Part shown: positions 63,201-64,000 of the stretch, one piece after another | Position numbering within the stretch: the first letter of the stretch is position 1 | How the letters are laid out: the number at the start of each line of letters is the position of its first letter | NCBI RefSeq assembly: GCF_004010195.1 | Contig: NC_057754.1 | Location: forward strand, 3,319,527-3,383,526 | DNA length: 64,000 nucleotides | Source of the DNA: Chiloscyllium plagiosum | Taxonomy: Eukaryota | Reading direction: 5' to 3' | Notes under the pieces: model-generated | The model's input: only the letters and a program-made list of their open reading frames with translations | Told to the model about the DNA's origin: nothing | Database searches by the model: none | Made by a program: the position numbers and the translations under genes

Positions 63201-63756
63201 AGCTTTTGTTTCAGATTTACAGCATCCGCAGTGTTTTGCTTTGATAAGGCCAAGAAGAGATTCAGTCAAGGTGTTCAAAGCCTTAAGGGAGCTGGGCCAA
63301 GTAGATGGGGGTTTGGAGGGGAGTTAGTAAAGGGTCAGGAAACTGATTTGAAGATGAGGAGAAATGTTTCTCGCGCAGCGAGTGGGTAGAATTTAGGGTG
63401 TGTTAACCCTGGAGAGGCTTTCTGAGAGGGGATGACATAAAAGTGTGTCAGCCGACCTCCTCCTTCACATTAACAAAGGGACTTGGTTAATTATCCACAA
63501 AGCGAGAGGTTAGAGGTGGAAGGGATGTTGGATTGGGTGGGACGCTGCGGCAGCGGTTTGGTAAGATCTAAGTGGCGTCCTTTGTCCTTTATCTCGCAAT
63601 GAATATAGTTGTATTGAGGTCAGTTCATAGAAGGTTCACTAGATCGGTTCCAGAGGTGAGGCTTATGAAGAGTGATTGAGCAGTTTAGGCTTGATTAGTT
63701 TCGAGTTTCGAAGGATGGGGAGACCTAATTGAGGTGTATGAGATGCCAAAGAATAT

Positions 63757-64000
63757 TCAAAGTTTGTGAGAAGATTTGTAGCTCGGGTGCTCGTTGTTGT
63801 GGTTCTGTTCGCCGAGCTGGGAATTTGTGTTGCAGACGTTTCACCCCCTGTCTAGGTGACATCCTCAGTGCTTGGGAGCCTCCTGTGAAGCGCTTCTGTG
63901 ATCTTTCCTCCGGCATTTGTAGTGGTAATCTGCCTTTTCTGGTTGTCATCAACAGATTCAATCAATAAGCACATCGACCTGGACCCAATATACCAGCTGG
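63757..64000 (-). mobile_element. Inverted terminal repeat of another PLE, cut by the window edge and inserted in a CR1 fragment
   Basis: gagaagatttgtagctc terminus like the other PLEs, a hammerhead-like motif at 63832-63871, and a SINKHIDLDPIY tail peptide on the plus strand. Confidence 0.75.
63832..63871 (-). ncRNA. Minimal hammerhead-like motif with intact core and weakened stem II
   Basis: GCA CUGAGGA U GUCACC uagaca GGGGGU GAAA CGUC UGC. Confidence 0.55.

Noticed and set aside
38212..64000. NUDT22 or TRPT1 exons expected from human synteny
   Set aside because: No Nudix-like or TRPT1-like peptides were recognised in any frame I read; short exons could have been missed.

Overview
Eukaryotic, repeat-rich vertebrate genomic DNA with two N gaps. 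The mix of HE1-like SINEs, DeuSINE-like SINEs, CR1/L2/Rex-Babar LINEs and Penelope-like elements points to a cartilaginous fish, probably a shark (inference from recalled repeat sequences). One host gene is well supported: DNAJC4 on the minus strand. It has a probable non-coding first exon in a CpG-island promoter at about 37.3-38.2 kb, and three phase-compatible coding exons at 25685-25770, 21564-21657 and 2048-2274 that give MLLGAQ...DYYTVLGI...LHPD.... The rest of the gene lies left of the window. The island looks bidirectional, but I could not identify coding exons for a plus-strand partner. The most notable non-genic signals are: (1) Penelope-like elements (PLEs), three of them bounded by 10-11 bp target-site duplications, and about seven minimal hammerhead-ribozyme-like motifs in PLE terminal repeats; (2) a 188-bp loopless palindromic PLE derivative; (3) an 81/162-bp tandem array built from split hammerhead halves about 100 bp into DNAJC4 intron 1; (4) near-identical templated duplications, one of them 44 kb apart; (5) minisatellites that appear to arise repeatedly from the same SINE and L2 seeds. 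There are no prokaryotic features or CRISPR arrays. I found no clearly new biological system; the hammerhead/PLE derivatives are the best candidates for follow-up. Repeat boundaries are approximate.
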